Of a stretch of 64,000 nucleotides of DNA, positions 62,981-64,000 are shown one piece after another; the first letter of the stretch is position 1, and each line of letters begins with the position of its first letter. The notes under the pieces are model-generated. The model saw nothing but the letters and a program-made list of their open reading frames with translations, had not been told where the DNA came from and ran no database searches. A program made the position numbers and the translations under genes. The DNA comes from Nitrospinota bacterium (GTDB taxonomy: Bacteria; Nitrospinota; Nitrospinia; Nitrospinales; VA-1): positions 53,318-117,317 of the forward strand of contig JAOMDP010000001.1 in the NCBI GenBank assembly GCA_028345515.1, written 5' to 3'.

Positions 62981-63772
62981 TTAAATTATTTTTTCTTCTT
63001 CACGGATTATTGTAACCAATTGTTTAGCAATTTCTTCATCCGATCCTTTTAGAATTATTCCTTTTTTTCTTTCAGGAGGCAAGGAAAGTTTTAACGTCTG
63101 CAGTTTGTTTTGTTGAGGATCAAGAATATTTAGATCCATATTTAAACCAGAAACTGTGATATTTTGAATCTCTTTTTTCTTCGCCGCCATGATTCCTTTT
63201 AGTGATGGAAGACGAGGCTCATTCAAACCCTTCTGGCAAGTTGCTAAAAAAGGCAAGCACATGCTCTTTCTAATCTCACGACCACCTTCAACCTGTCGTG
63301 TGATATCCGCTTGTTTAAAATCTTCGTCAAATTGAATTTTAGTTACAACGGTTATAAATGGTATCTCCAGGTATACTGCCAAAGCAGGCCCGATTTGGGC
63401 CATATCAAGATCGACCGCTTGACGACCACAAAGAACTAAATCAAAAGGTTCTCTTGCAATTGCAGTGGAAAGAGTTTTCGCAACTTGCAAATGATCAAAC
63501 TTGTCATATGAGGATTCTAAAATATGAATCGCACGATCTACTCCCATGGCAAGCGCCCTTTTAAGCGTTTCCTTAACTCTGTCAGGGCCCATTGAAAAAA
63601 CTGTTATTTCTGATTCGGGTATAGCACTTTTAATCCGAAGTGCTTCTTCTACCGCGAATTCATCATACGGGTTCATAATAAAGGGACTTCCTGGGGATAC
63701 GATTTTTTCACCCTGAATTGAGATTTTTGCTGCTGTATCCAATACCTGTTTAATGCAAACAATTATTTTCAT
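62981..63772 (-). CDS. etfB: Electron transfer flavoprotein beta subunit
   Basis: MKIIVCIKQVLD start typical of EtfB; 263 aa. Confidence 0.9.
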   Translation of the reverse strand: MKIIVCIKQVLDTAAKISIQGEKIVSPGSPFIMNPYDEFAVEEALRIKSAIPESEITVFSMGPDRVKETLKRALAMGVDRAIHILESSYDKFDHLQVAKTLSTAIAREPFDLVLCGRQAVDLDMAQIGPALAVYLEIPFITVVTKIQFDEDFKQADITRQVEGGREIRKSMCLPFLATCQKGLNEPRLPSLKGIMAAKKKEIQNITVSGLNMDLNILDPQQNKLQTLKLSLPPERKKGIILKGSDEEIAKQLVTIIREEEKII

Positions 63773-64000
63773 AATATAAATTTCAGATTACTAATTAGAA
63801 ACTTCCTACTTTAATATTAAATTTAACTTATTTTATGAAAATATTTTATTATTTTCTAAACTATTGGGAAAAAAGGTTTTCTTGAACATAAAAATTCTGG
63901 ATAAAAAAAGAGAATAAAATTGAAGAAGTGGGCAAAAAAAAATTCCCTGAAACCTTTTGTTAATTCATAAGTTTTTTGAATAGATTTTTTTTTTTAAGTT

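Overview
AT-rich, gene-dense bacterial chromosomal window. I found no rRNA, CRISPR array, transposase or integrase. Main content, left to right:
(1) A complete urease operon, ureDABCEFG, on the minus strand, with tRNA-Thr(CGU) directly upstream.
(2) Thiamine-pyrimidine salvage genes tenA and thiD, tightly following a TIR-like/TPR gene.
(3) A roughly 6 kb block of small orphan genes (11.2-17.7 kb).
(4) purD and a three-gene ABC importer.
(5) Very AT-rich envelope genes flanking a tmRNA: a GT-C/TMTC-like TPR protein, a GT4 glycosyltransferase and a fused membrane/spermidine-synthase-like TPR protein. A 57-aa Hc1 (histone H1)-like gene here is absent from the ORF track.
(6) A flagellar cluster, flgF-G-A-H-[two Ig-like lipoproteins]-I-J'(rod-binding)-N-K-L.
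(7) A three-gene type-II DMSO-reductase-family operon best read as a periplasmic nitrite oxidoreductase, nxrABC. It has visibly higher G+C, GC-rich intercistronic hairpins and an 870 bp AT-rich upstream region.
(8) Housekeeping genes: coaD, aspC-like, lnt, argH, rsmI, rsmG and etfBA.
(9) A DnaD-like plus DnaC/DnaI-like pair and an orphan flgG-family gene.
(10) parA-parB-bactofilin with two consensus parS sites.
Urease, Nitrospina/Nitrospira-type NXR, flagella and low G+C together suggest an uncultured ureolytic nitrite oxidiser (Nitrospinota-like). This is inference from motifs I recognise, not a database search.
The most unusual loci are the two lipoprotein genes wedged between flgH and flgI, the TIR-like/TPR gene coupled to thiD-tenA, the helicase-loader-like pair, two paralogous small basic proteins, and the unannotated Hc1-like gene.
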